NCBI GenBank assembly: GCA_041492755.1
Contig: JBGPXN010000073.1
Location: forward strand, 1-21,362
Source of the DNA: Candidatus Methylomirabilia bacterium
Lineage (GTDB): Bacteria; Methylomirabilota; Methylomirabilia; Rokubacteriales; CSP1-6
Length of the DNA stretch: 21,362 nt
Direction: 5' to 3'
Below are positions 9,432 through 18,189 of this stretch, piece by piece. Numbering within the stretch: the stretch's first letter is position 1; each line of letters starts with the position of its first letter. The translations under genes were made by a program, and so were the position numbers. The notes under the pieces are model-generated. The model saw only the letters and a program-made list of their open reading frames with translations. It made no database searches and was not told the origin of the DNA.

Positions 9432-9479
9432 CGGAGAAGGCGATTCTCCCGACACGGCAACGAGAGGAGGTGATCGAAC

Positions 9480-9533
9480 ATGGCCAAGGGCAAGGGCATG
9501 CACAAGGAAAAGAAGAAGCCGAAGAAAAAGTAG
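9480..9533 (+). CDS. 17-aa Lys-rich small protein or putative leader peptide MAKGKGMHKEKKKPKKK
   Basis: It is preceded by GAGAGGAGGTGA (near-perfect SD) and is strongly A-rich against a GC background. TAG 9531-9533 is 6 nt before the ABC-F ATG. Confidence 0.75.
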   Translation: MAKGKGMHKEKKKPKKK

Positions 9534-9539
9534 GATCGG

Positions 9540-11348
9540 ATGAGTCGTTCGCTCCTGCTGAGCTGCGAAGCGGTCACGCGGGCCTACGGGACCCGGGTCC
9601 TCTTCGACGGCCTGTCGTTCGGGCTCCTCGAAGGTGACCACGCGGGTCTCGTGGGCCCCAATGGCTCGGGCAAATCCACCTTGCTCAGGATTCTCGCCGG
9701 GCTCGACACCCCTGACCGTGGCACGCGCTCGATCAGGGGCGGCGTCCGCATCGGCTACGTCGCCCAGGATCCGGTGTTCCCCGCCGGTGTGACCGTCGAG
9801 GACGTCGTCACCGCCGCGCTCCTGGACGTCGACGCCGACGATCGGCCCGCGCGCATCGCCCTCGCGCTCGGGCGCGCCGGCTTCGCCGACGGACGTGCGG
9901 CGGTGGAGACGCTGTCGGGCGGCTGGCAGAAGCGTCTCGCGATCGCCCAGGGGCTGGCCGCGGCGCCCGACGTCTTGTTGATGGACGAGCCGACCAACCA
10001 CCTCGACCTCGACGGCATCCTCTGGCTCGAGCGCGTCCTGATCGAAGACGCGCGCGCCTTCGTCGTCGTCAGCCACGACCGCTACTTCCTCGAGCACGTC
10101 GCCACGCGGATGCTCGAGCTGAGCCCCGCGTACCCCGGCGGCCTGTTCGCGACGGACGGGCGGTACAGCGAGTTCCTGGCCCGCCGCGACGAGTTCCTGC
10201 GCGGCCAGGCCGCCTACGAGGAATCGCTCGCCAACACGGTCCGGCGCGAGATCGAGTGGCTGCGGCGCGGCGCGAAGGCGCGCTCCACCAAGGCCAAGGG
10301 GCGGATCAAGGAGGCGGGCCGGCTCATCGAGGAGCTCGACGACGCCCGCGCGCGCGGCCTCGTGCGCGCGGTGGGCATCGACTTCACCTCCTCGTCGCGG
10401 CGCACGCGCAAGCTGCTGGTGGCGCGCGGGCTCACGAAATCGTGGGGCGGCCGGCTGCTCGTCAGCGGTCTCGACCTGACCATCACCGCGGGCGCGCGCA
10501 TCGGGCTGATCGGGCCGAACGGCAGCGGCAAGACGACGCTGCTCAACCTGATCGCGGGCACGCTCGCACCGGACGCCGGCGAGATCGAGCGTGCCGACGG
10601 ACTGCGCGTCGTTCACTTCGCGCAACACCGGACGAGCCTGGATCCGGACGAGCCCCTGCGGCGCGCGCTCGCGCCGGAGGGCGACGCCGTCCTCTTCCAG
10701 GGCCGCCACCTCCACGTGGTGGCGTGGGCCAAGCGCTTCCTGTTCCGGCCCGAGCAGCTCGAGATGCCGGTCGGCCGCCTGTCCGGTGGCGAGCAGGCGC
10801 GCATCCTCATCGCGCGCGTGATGCGTGAGCCCACCGACCTCCTGATCCTGGACGAGCCGACGAACGATCTCGACATCCCGACGCTCGAGGTGCTCGAGGA
10901 CAGCCTCGTCGAGTTCGCGGGCGGCCTCGTCCTGGTCACTCACGACCGGTTCATGCTCGACCGCGTCTCGACCGCGATCCTCGCCCTCGACGGTGCCGGG
11001 CGCGCGGAGACGTTCGCCGACTACGCGCAGTGGGAGGCCGCGCGCCGGGCGCGCGCGCCGGAGCCGGAGGGGCGCGAGGCGGCGCGCAGCGCGACGGCTT
11101 ACGAACGGTCGCGGACGAAACGCCTGAGCTACCTGGAGCAGCGCGACTGGGACGGTATGGAAGGCGCGATCCTGGAGGCCGAGGCGGCGGTCGAGGCATG
11201 CCAGCACGCCGCCGAGGATCCGGCCATCGTTGCGGACGCCGCGCTGCTTCATGAAAGGTACGCGGCGCTCGAGGCCGCGCGCGCGGAGGTGGATCGACTC
11301 TACGCGCGGTGGGCAGAGTTGGACGAGAAGCGCCGCGGCCTCGGTTGA
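9540..11348 (+). CDS. uup: ABC-F family ATPase, Uup-like
   Basis: Two ABC cassettes (GPNGSGKS/LSGG/DEPTNHLD and GPNGSGKT/LSGGE/DEPTNDLD), no TM segments, linker E.EWLRRG.KAR.TK.K.RI, and a C-terminal coiled coil KRLSYLEQR...LYARWAEL. Confidence 0.92.
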   Translation: MSRSLLLSCEAVTRAYGTRVLFDGLSFGLLEGDHAGLVGPNGSGKSTLLRILAGLDTPDRGTRSIRGGVRIGYVAQDPVFPAGVTVEDVVTAALLDVDADDRPARIALALGRAGFADGRAAVETLSGGWQKRLAIAQGLAAAPDVLLMDEPTNHLDLDGILWLERVLIEDARAFVVVSHDRYFLEHVATRMLELSPAYPGGLFATDGRYSEFLARRDEFLRGQAAYEESLANTVRREIEWLRRGAKARSTKAKGRIKEAGRLIEELDDARARGLVRAVGIDFTSSSRRTRKLLVARGLTKSWGGRLLVSGLDLTITAGARIGLIGPNGSGKTTLLNLIAGTLAPDAGEIERADGLRVVHFAQHRTSLDPDEPLRRALAPEGDAVLFQGRHLHVVAWAKRFLFRPEQLEMPVGRLSGGEQARILIARVMREPTDLLILDEPTNDLDIPTLEVLEDSLVEFAGGLVLVTHDRFMLDRVSTAILALDGAGRAETFADYAQWEAARRARAPEPEGREAARSATAYERSRTKRLSYLEQRDWDGMEGAILEAEAAVEACQHAAEDPAIVADAALLHERYAALEAARAEVDRLYARWAELDEKRRGLG

Positions 11349-11416
11349 CGGGATGGTATCCGGACTCGGGCCGCCGGCATTGTGCCCGTCGACGACGGCA
11401 CTGTTGCCAACGGCAC

Positions 11417-11445
11417 TTGACCCGGTTCGCCACCGCCGCTACGCT
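11417..11445 (+). promoter_or_regulatory. Sigma70-type promoter of the cyclase/STAND gene
   Basis: TTGACC (11417-11422), a 17-nt spacer and TACGCT (11440-11445), about 45 nt before the start. Confidence 0.6.
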
Positions 11446-11489
11446 TTCGAGGCTCCGCCGGCCCTGCTCGAGCGGACCTGGAGGCGATG

Positions 11490-14400
11490 ATGAACTGTCG
11501 CCGGTGCGACGCGAATAACCGCGAAGGCGTACGATTCTGCGAGGAGTGCGGAGCGCGTTTGGCCGCGACCTGCCCGGCCTGCGGGGCCGAAGTGATTCCG
11601 ACCAAAAGGTTTTGCGGCGCCTGCGGCGCCGAGCTCGGTGCCGCTCCACTCTCGAGACGCTTCAACTCAGTGGAAACCTACACACCGGTTCACATCGCCG
11701 AGAAGATCCTCACCTCGCGCGCCGCCCTCGAGGGTGAGCGCAAACAGGTCACGGTCTTGTTCGCCGACATGCAGGGCTCGATGGAGGTCCTGGTCGACCG
11801 CGACCCCGAGGAGGCACGCAAGATCCTGGACCCCGTTCTCGAGCGGATGATGGAGGCGGTCCACAACTACGAGGGCACGGTGAATCAGGTCATGGGCGAC
11901 GGCATCATGGCGCTGTTCGGTGCGCCCCTTGCCCATGAGGATCATGCCGTACGCGCCAGTTACGCGGCCCTTCGAATGCGTGACGCGGTGAAGCAGTATG
12001 CGGAAGAGATACACCGGACGCGCGGTATTCCTATCCACATCCGGGTGGGTCTGAATTCGGGGCAAGTCGTGGTCCGCTCGATCGCAAGCGATCTGCGTAT
12101 GGACTACACCGCGGTCGGGCAGACGACGCACCTCGCCGCGCGAATGGAGCAGATGGCGCGCCCGGACACGATCATGGCCACGGCCGGCTGCGTCCGATTG
12201 GCCGAAGGCTACGTCATGGTCGCACCGCTGGGGTTGCTGCCGGTGAAGGGAATGGCGGAGCCGGTCGAGGTATACGAGATCACAGGGATCGGGACGGTGC
12301 GTTCGCGTTTGGAGGTGGCCGTCGGACGGGGGCTCTCGCGTTTTGTCGGACGCGAAGCAGAGCGGGAGCAACTCCGCCGAGCCCTCGAGAGCGCCGCCCA
12401 GGGCCAGGGGCAGGTCCTCGCGGTCGTCGGCGAGCCGGGGGCGGGCAAATCACGCCTCATCTACGAAGTCGTCCAGCGGGAACGGAGACAGGGTTGGTTG
12501 TTCCTCGAGACTGCGGCGGCGGCCTACGGCAGTTCAACGGCATACCTTCCCGTCATCGACCTCCTCAGGTCGTACTTCCATATCGAACCGCGGGACGACG
12601 TTCAGCAGCTCCGGGACAAGGTTGCGGCCAGGCTGTTCGCTCTGGGGGAAGAGGTCTTTTCGATGCTCCCGGCGCTGCTTGCACTGCTCGGGGCTCCGGC
12701 CGACGATCCGACGTGGAAGGTTCTCGCCTCGTCCCAGCGCCGCCGGCGAACGCTGGAGGCGGTCGCCCGGCTGCTCGTCTGCGAGAGCCTGGTTCAACCG
12801 GTTTGCCTCGTCGTCGAGGATCTCCACTGGATCGACTCCGAGACGCAAGCCGTCCTCGATGAGCTGGTAGAGAGCCTCCCGCGCGCGCGGCTACTCGTGC
12901 TCGTCAGCTATCGCCACGAATATCAGCATCGCTGGAGCGGCAAGAGCTATTACGCGCAAGTGAGGTTGGATTCTTTGCCAATGGAAGGCGCGGCAGAGCT
13001 GCTCGATGGCCTGCTCGGGGCCAACGAGGCACTGATGCCGCTCAAGCGGCTGCTGATCGATCAAACGGCGGGCAACCCGTTCTTTCTCGAAGAATGTGCC
13101 CGAGGACTGGTCGAGGCGGGCGTCCTGGTCGGTGACCTCGCCGGGTACGTGCTCGCGACGCCCGTGCAAGCCATCCACGTGCCGGCGACGGTGCAGGCGG
13201 TCATCGCCGCCCGGATCGATCGATTGGCGCCAGACGAGAAGGCGTTGTTGCAGACAGCGGCGGTGATCGGAAAGGACGTGCCGTTCGCGCTTCTGCACGC
13301 TATTGTCGGCGAATCCGAGGATTGCCTGCGGCGTGGGTTGGCACGCTTGCAAGCCGCGGAACTGCTATTCCAGGGCCGTCTCTTTCCAGATCTCGAGTAC
13401 ACCTTCAAGCACGCGCTCACCCACGAGGTCGCCTACGGCAACCTCCTCACTGACCAGCGGCGCGCGCTCCACGGGAGAATCGTGCACGTGATCGAGAAGC
13501 TGGCCGCCGACCGTCCAGGCGATCATGCCGAGCGGCTCGCCCATCACGCCCGGGCCGGGGAACTTTGGGACCGCGCGGCGCGGTACCTTCGCCAGGCCGG
13601 GGACAAGGCGTTTGCCCACTCGGCGAACCGTGAGGCCCGGGCCTGGTTCGAGCAGGCGCTGGAAGCGGTCAAGCGTCTGCCCGAGACGACAGAGACAAGG
13701 GCGGCGGCCGCCGATCTCCACCTCGGCCTTCGCAATACCCTCACTCTGCTCGGGGAGCACGAGCGCACGCTGGTTCACCTGGGTGAGGCCGCCGCGCTGG
13801 CCGAGGCCATCGACGACCAGTGGCGCCTGGGCCGGGCGCTCTCGTTCGAGGTGAACTGCCTGTTCCTGCTGGGCCAGTATGGGCGCGCGATCGACTCGGG
13901 CCGACGCGCGCGTGCGGTCGCCGACAAGCTGAACGATCTTCCGCTCCGAACGGTCACGGATATGTACGTCGGGCGGGCCTATCTACGGCGCGGTGACTTC
14001 TCCCACGCGATCGAGCTCTTCGGCGGCATCGTGGCCACGCTCACCGGCGAACTCGCGGACGACCACCTGGGATTGCCGGTGCTGCCGTCGGTGTTCGCCC
14101 GCAGCCATCTCGTCGAAGCCCTGACCGACGTGGGACGCTTTGCCGAAGGCGCCCGGTACGCAGACGAGTTGATCGCGCTCGCAGAAGGCACGAATCACCC
14201 CGACACGCTGTTCTGGGCGTATCACGGGGCCGGGCTGCACTACCTCGGGCGGGGCGAAGTGCGGCGGGCCATCGGGACGCTGGAACGTGGGTACCGGGTC
14301 TGCCAAACCTACGATATCCCGGCGCACATTCCTTTGATCAGCTCGGAACTCGGGCTGGCAAGGGCTCTCGACGGGGCCGCCGCGGAAGCCGTGCCCATGC

Positions 14401-14843
14401 TACAGCGCGCCGCCGACGAGGCGGCTCGTCGAAAGCAGGCCGCAAGCTTCCCGAAAGTCGTCCTTCTTCTCGGCGAGGTCTACCTGCTGGCTGGCGACCT
14501 CGATCAGGCCGCCGACGCCGCCACGCGCGCGCTGGATCTCTTCCGGCGCCAGCAGGAACGAGGTCACGAGGCCTTGGCAATGCGTCTCCTCGGAGATATC
14601 GCGACCCACACTTCGGCGCACGACGCCGAGGCGCACTACCGTATGGCCCGCGCCCTGGCTGATGCACTCGGCATGCGACCGCTCGTCGCTCGCTGCGACC
14701 TTGGCCTCGGGCGCGTGTTCCACAAGGCCGGTCAGCCGGCGCGCGCCATAGCTGCGCTGGAAGTCAGCTGCGCACAGTTTCGCGAGCTCGGCATGGCCAC
14801 CGACCTCGCCCGCGCAGAGGCCGAGCTCAAGGCAGCCGGGTAG
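11490..14843 (+). CDS. Double zinc ribbon + class III adenylate/guanylate cyclase + STAND AAA ATPase + TPR protein
   Basis: Four CxxC motifs, then VTVLFAD..GS, GDGIMALFG and RVGLNSG; Walker A GEPGAGKS, Walker B LVVEDLHW, GNPFF, FKHAL and a helical-repeat C-terminus. GGAGG spacing favours the second ATG (11490) over 11487. Confidence 0.93.
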   Translation: MNCRRCDANNREGVRFCEECGARLAATCPACGAEVIPTKRFCGACGAELGAAPLSRRFNSVETYTPVHIAEKILTSRAALEGERKQVTVLFADMQGSMEVLVDRDPEEARKILDPVLERMMEAVHNYEGTVNQVMGDGIMALFGAPLAHEDHAVRASYAALRMRDAVKQYAEEIHRTRGIPIHIRVGLNSGQVVVRSIASDLRMDYTAVGQTTHLAARMEQMARPDTIMATAGCVRLAEGYVMVAPLGLLPVKGMAEPVEVYEITGIGTVRSRLEVAVGRGLSRFVGREAEREQLRRALESAAQGQGQVLAVVGEPGAGKSRLIYEVVQRERRQGWLFLETAAAAYGSSTAYLPVIDLLRSYFHIEPRDDVQQLRDKVAARLFALGEEVFSMLPALLALLGAPADDPTWKVLASSQRRRRTLEAVARLLVCESLVQPVCLVVEDLHWIDSETQAVLDELVESLPRARLLVLVSYRHEYQHRWSGKSYYAQVRLDSLPMEGAAELLDGLLGANEALMPLKRLLIDQTAGNPFFLEECARGLVEAGVLVGDLAGYVLATPVQAIHVPATVQAVIAARIDRLAPDEKALLQTAAVIGKDVPFALLHAIVGESEDCLRRGLARLQAAELLFQGRLFPDLEYTFKHALTHEVAYGNLLTDQRRALHGRIVHVIEKLAADRPGDHAERLAHHARAGELWDRAARYLRQAGDKAFAHSANREARAWFEQALEAVKRLPETTETRAAAADLHLGLRNTLTLLGEHERTLVHLGEAAALAEAIDDQWRLGRALSFEVNCLFLLGQYGRAIDSGRRARAVADKLNDLPLRTVTDMYVGRAYLRRGDFSHAIELFGGIVATLTGELADDHLGLPVLPSVFARSHLVEALTDVGRFAEGARYADELIALAEGTNHPDTLFWAYHGAGLHYLGRGEVRRAIGTLERGYRVCQTYDIPAHIPLISSELGLARALDGAAAEAVPMLQRAADEAARRKQAASFPKVVLLLGEVYLLAGDLDQAADAATRALDLFRRQQERGHEALAMRLLGDIATHTSAHDAEAHYRMARALADALGMRPLVARCDLGLGRVFHKAGQPARAIAALEVSCAQFRELGMATDLARAEAELKAAG

Positions 14844-15015
14844 GACCCACCGTCCGAATCCGTACTGCCGCTACGGCGAGTCCAAGGAGGCGCGCCGACC
14901 GGCGGATTTCGAGCTCCAGCATCTCCATGCCCTTGCGGTCGAGCGCCACCGTCATCGTGACTCGCGTGGCGGCTGGCTTCCGGCGGCGTCTCGGCGATTC
15001 GCCTACCGCTTCCAT
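14827..15015 (-). CDS. Small hypothetical protein (62 aa)
   Basis: GGAG lies 7 nt before the ATG. The start overlaps the end of the upstream ORF, and the 3' end overlaps the cyclase 3' end by 17 nt. Confidence 0.55.
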   Translation of the reverse strand: MEAVGESPRRRRKPAATRVTMTVALDRKGMEMLELEIRRSARLLGLAVAAVRIRTVGPTRLP

Positions 15016-15251
15016 TGGTCATCTCCGGCCGGGTCCTGATTGGGCCGGGGCGGTTGGCGCACGACGGCCCAGCGGATCTGGCGCACTCGAAGCCTTCTCC
15101 CACCCATTTGCGGATCGGTGAGCTCGGCAAGCCTTGCCAGGCAGTCCCGAAGCCGCCGCTTGTACTCTTCGAACGTCTCCTGGCTGACCTTACCCTCCAG
15201 CTCCACGGTAACCTCGTGAGTTTCGCCCGCCTCCGGCGGATCATTTCCCAT
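15003..15251 (-). CDS. Small hypothetical protein (82 aa)
   Basis: GGAG lies 7 nt before ATG 15251 and the start overlaps the ATP-grasp stop. The sequence has an amphipathic strand-helix-strand pattern. Confidence 0.65.
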   Translation of the reverse strand: MGNDPPEAGETHEVTVELEGKVSQETFEEYKRRLRDCLARLAELTDPQMGGRRLRVRQIRWAVVRQPPRPNQDPAGDDQWKR

Positions 15252-16371
15252 TGCCACGCTCCGTCTGCTGCGCCCGACGCGGAAGGGCGCCGCGGCCTAC
15301 GTTGTCGGTCTCCTTGATGCCGTCGAACAAGTCATCGGCGTGGAAGATTCCGGGCAGAGTATCCAGATCGCGCACCATGTAGTACCCCTCCACGCCGTCG
15401 TACTCTTCGTCGAGTTGCACCTCCTCCCCCAACGCTAGCTGGACGTAGGTGAGCGCCATGCTGTGCTTGAGGACCCGGTCAAACGCCGTCATCGCCATGA
15501 AGAGCCGTCCCGCGTTGATCTCCGTGATGCATGGTCGGCCTTGCCCGTCGTGCTTCACGTCTATGCTGAAAGCACCACTGGCTCCCGGGAACATCACGCG
15601 GATGGCCTGGCGGCAGAGATCCACGACATCAGGCTCCCGTACTGTCTTGGCCAGCGATGACAGCGAGGTCACGCCGCTCGGGATATTGTCGGTCCCGAAA
15701 TAGGAGAGACGTTCGAAGGTGTTCACCAGGACGAGCCGGCCCCGACGCCACAGCGACTGGCAGAGAATCTCGCGCCCGGGTAGATATTCGGAGAGCGTGA
15801 AGGATCTGATGGGGACACCCTGCATCGTCTCCCAGAGCTGCATCCAATTCCGCGCCTGCCTGGGGCTGGACACCGGGGCGCCACCACGTGCGCACGTTCC
15901 CGTCCGTGGCCGGCACCAGAGCGTCCGGTGGCCTTTCAGCCGAGAAAAAATGTCGGCGACCTCGTCCAGCCCGGCAACCGGATACGTGTCGGGAGCACGA
16001 ATACTCCGTCGGCGGAGGGCGATGGCGAGCCGGTACTTGTCACGGCAGAGGTCGACGGCGGCGCGCGCCGGCAGGAACACTTTCCCACGAAGACCATGCC
16101 GGCCATCGGAGAGCGCTCGAACGTGCCGATCGGCGGTCGGGATAACCACGTCGATCTTGCCGGCTCGGGCCAGATCGCGCAAACCCTTCAGGAAGTGACG
16201 CGATCCGGGACGGGGCACGAGATACTTCGCATCCGCGGAAGAGTGCCTGAGGGCAAAACGGTCCTCGTTGCATCCGAAGAGAACGAAAGAGGGGGACGCA
16301 GCCCGCAGGCTGCGGATCAGGTTCTCCGCCGCTGCGGTTCCTGCGCCCATGACCATCAGCTTGGCCGGCAC
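15241..16371 (-). CDS. ATP-grasp domain ligase (carbamoyl-phosphate-synthase-like single-domain type)
   Basis: N-terminal Rossmann-like LMVMGAG and IDVVIPT.D, then CRDKY, RP.TG...RG, EYLPG.E, SID and ITEINAGR. GAGGGG precedes the GTG start. Confidence 0.85.
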   Translation of the reverse strand: MPAKLMVMGAGTAAAENLIRSLRAASPSFVLFGCNEDRFALRHSSADAKYLVPRPGSRHFLKGLRDLARAGKIDVVIPTADRHVRALSDGRHGLRGKVFLPARAAVDLCRDKYRLAIALRRRSIRAPDTYPVAGLDEVADIFSRLKGHRTLWCRPRTGTCARGGAPVSSPRQARNWMQLWETMQGVPIRSFTLSEYLPGREILCQSLWRRGRLVLVNTFERLSYFGTDNIPSGVTSLSSLAKTVREPDVVDLCRQAIRVMFPGASGAFSIDVKHDGQGRPCITEINAGRLFMAMTAFDRVLKHSMALTYVQLALGEEVQLDEEYDGVEGYYMVRDLDTLPGIFHADDLFDGIKETDNVGRGALPRRAQQTERGNGK

Positions 16372-16436
16372 GTCCCCCCTCGTGCCCGCACGACCCGCGA
16401 GCTTCTGGACACCGAGGCTCGAGGCGCGGGCAGCGG

Positions 16437-16465
16437 ATCGTAGGCGGCGGTTAGACCGGTGTCAA
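16437..16465 (-). promoter_or_regulatory. Near-consensus sigma70 promoter of the ATP-grasp unit
   Basis: TTGACA (16465-16460), a 17-nt spacer and TACGAT (16442-16437). Confidence 0.7.
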
Positions 16466-16475
16466 TGCCGAGATT

Positions 16476-16760
16476 TCACGGGTCCGGGGGCTTGATCTGC
16501 GTTCTGACCTTCGGCGCCGCCTGGTCTTGATGCGCGCCGCGGGCCGCAAGCACTTGAGCGACCTGGGCGTATCTCGGCATCAGGCGCTTGACCATTTCCG
16601 CGCGGTCCCGGTCCAGTTCCTGGATCCGCTCCGCTTCGCGTTCGGGGTCGTACGTCATCCGCCGGGCGAGCAGCTCTTCGAATCGATCGATATCCTGATC
16701 GGTCAGGCCGGGATGTGCCTGCTTCAGTGCTTCACGGAGGTCGGGATGGAGAGGTTCCAC
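16476..16760 (-). CDS. Hypothetical alpha-helical protein (94 aa)
   Basis: GAGGA precedes the GTG, 13 nt after the peptidase stop. The composition is charged and helical. Confidence 0.75.
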   Translation of the reverse strand: MEPLHPDLREALKQAHPGLTDQDIDRFEELLARRMTYDPEREAERIQELDRDRAEMVKRLMPRYAQVAQVLAARGAHQDQAAPKVRTQIKPPDP

Positions 16761-16773
16761 GGGCGGCTATTCC

Positions 16774-18177
16774 TCAGCGCATCAGCTTGGCGCGCAGACG
16801 ATCCCTTACCCAGGGGTGTATCAGCAGATCCAGCCGGCACCGCTGTGGATCGTCGAAAGCCAGCCAGTAATTGTCCATCACGTTCGGCCTGGTGGCGTCG
16901 ATGGGCGCCGGGTGATAGCTCTTCCACCCGGCCGGATACCCCAGGCCATCACGCTGTTGATCCGAGGGGAAGTTCGTGCCGTCGTAGCTCGCCAAGAGCG
17001 GGGGCACCGCATCCGCGCTTTGCGCGCGAAACTTCTTGTTGACCACGAAGGCGCCCGGTGTGCCATCGACATAGAGGTCGACGATGCGTCCATTGTTGAA
17101 GTCCGAGATGGCGTGACCACATTCGTGCAGCGGGGTCAGCCCTCGACGGTTCATGTTCACTGACAGGGCCGCGCTGCCTGGGGTCGACGCAAAGTGCCCG
17201 TGCACATGGGCGATGCCGTCGTAGCTGTAAGGGGTTCCTGGTTGCGCCGCGTCCGTCGTGAACCATGCCGATGCCCGATCATGAGTCGTAGACGCGTGAA
17301 TGACGAGGACGATGTCGGCGCGCTCACCATAGCGCGACAGGAAGGTGGTGAGGCGATCCCGCCGCGTCTCCATGACGTTGGGCGTCAATTCGTGCACCAG
17401 CGAGTTCGCGTCATCTGACGGCAACGTCGCGTCGAAGATCGCCACGAAGCGGATCTCGCGGTCCCACTCTCCCTGGCGCACCACGTCTTCGGAGGCGGTG
17501 AGGAGACTGCGCAGGCAGAACCCGACAGCGTCGTGAAAACCTGCGCGGTTCGTCAGGAGGGGGTCCCCCACGAGGGAACCGGCTTCCGTCTCGATGCCCG
17601 CGTTGGCAACGAGCGCGATCGTGTAGGGCTGAGATTTAGGCGCCCCTGAATACAGAGCTCTGATGACGGTCGCCGGTCCGGCCGAAACGTCGACCGGGAC
17701 GGAATTACTGACCCAACCTCCTACCTCGAGCCGCACGAAATTGCGACCGATCGGGACAGCCGTGGGCAGGGCCGCCACGAAGACCCACTGCGGCCGTACC
17801 AGATCGGGTGTGACGGTCACCGTCGTGGAGAGGGTCTCGAAGACGAGTTGTGCACCAGCCGGAATCCCCGAACCGGTGATGCCGTAGAAATCGTTGTGGA
17901 TGGCCGGGCCCACCGGGCAGATATCGAGCCGACCAAATCCGGCGCCAGTGATCTCGCCGCCGCCATCCGGATGAACGACCTCCACCGGGTAGCTCGCGAT
18001 CTGGGCGCTCACGAGAACGGTCACCAAATTGCGCTTGAACGCCAGCTCGGCTGCCGTGTCAGAGCCGCTGAACCTGACGAAGAACGCCTCGACGGAGGAG
18101 GGAGACGATCCCACGCCGACGCAGACGATGCCCGCCGTCCACATCATCGACTGGACCAAACCTGCCGTCAGGGCCAC
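16774..18177 (-). CDS. Multidomain zinc metallopeptidase: duplicated N-terminal domain + Ig/IPT-like domain + M6/M64-like zincin
   Basis: HECGH (17127-17113) is followed by ...VDLY and a later NVMD (candidate Met-turn). The segment ITGSG...VSNSVPVDV is Ig-like. Residues 1-82 resemble the upstream 86-aa protein. Confidence 0.75.
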   Translation of the reverse strand: MALTAGLVQSMMWTAGIVCVGVGSSPSSVEAFFVRFSGSDTAAELAFKRNLVTVLVSAQIASYPVEVVHPDGGGEITGAGFGRLDICPVGPAIHNDFYGITGSGIPAGAQLVFETLSTTVTVTPDLVRPQWVFVAALPTAVPIGRNFVRLEVGGWVSNSVPVDVSAGPATVIRALYSGAPKSQPYTIALVANAGIETEAGSLVGDPLLTNRAGFHDAVGFCLRSLLTASEDVVRQGEWDREIRFVAIFDATLPSDDANSLVHELTPNVMETRRDRLTTFLSRYGERADIVLVIHASTTHDRASAWFTTDAAQPGTPYSYDGIAHVHGHFASTPGSAALSVNMNRRGLTPLHECGHAISDFNNGRIVDLYVDGTPGAFVVNKKFRAQSADAVPPLLASYDGTNFPSDQQRDGLGYPAGWKSYHPAPIDATRPNVMDNYWLAFDDPQRCRLDLLIHPWVRDRLRAKLMR

Positions 18178-18189
18178 GTGACGATCCGT

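Noticed and set aside
642..9473. Long alternative-frame and antisense ORFs (e.g. 642-1700, 6842-8347, 7747-9006, 8169-9473)
   Set aside because: They are Arg/Pro/Gly-rich shadows of well-supported genes in high-GC DNA and show no motifs.
8214..11252. 1012-aa ORF suggesting a giant MetE fusion
   Set aside because: The part upstream of 9350 is the antisense shadow of the ABC-F gene. The family N-terminus begins at ATG 9350.
14827..15251. Graspetide (microviridin/plesiocin-type) precursor
   Set aside because: No recognisable leader or repeated T/S-K-D/E core motifs are present, and the ligase does not look RimK/MvdD-like.
5991..16371. Pyrrolysine recoding (amber codon plus an ATP-grasp enzyme reminiscent of PylC)
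   Set aside because: No pylT/S/B/D is present in the window, TAG ends several genes normally, and the ATP-grasp resemblance is only fold-level.
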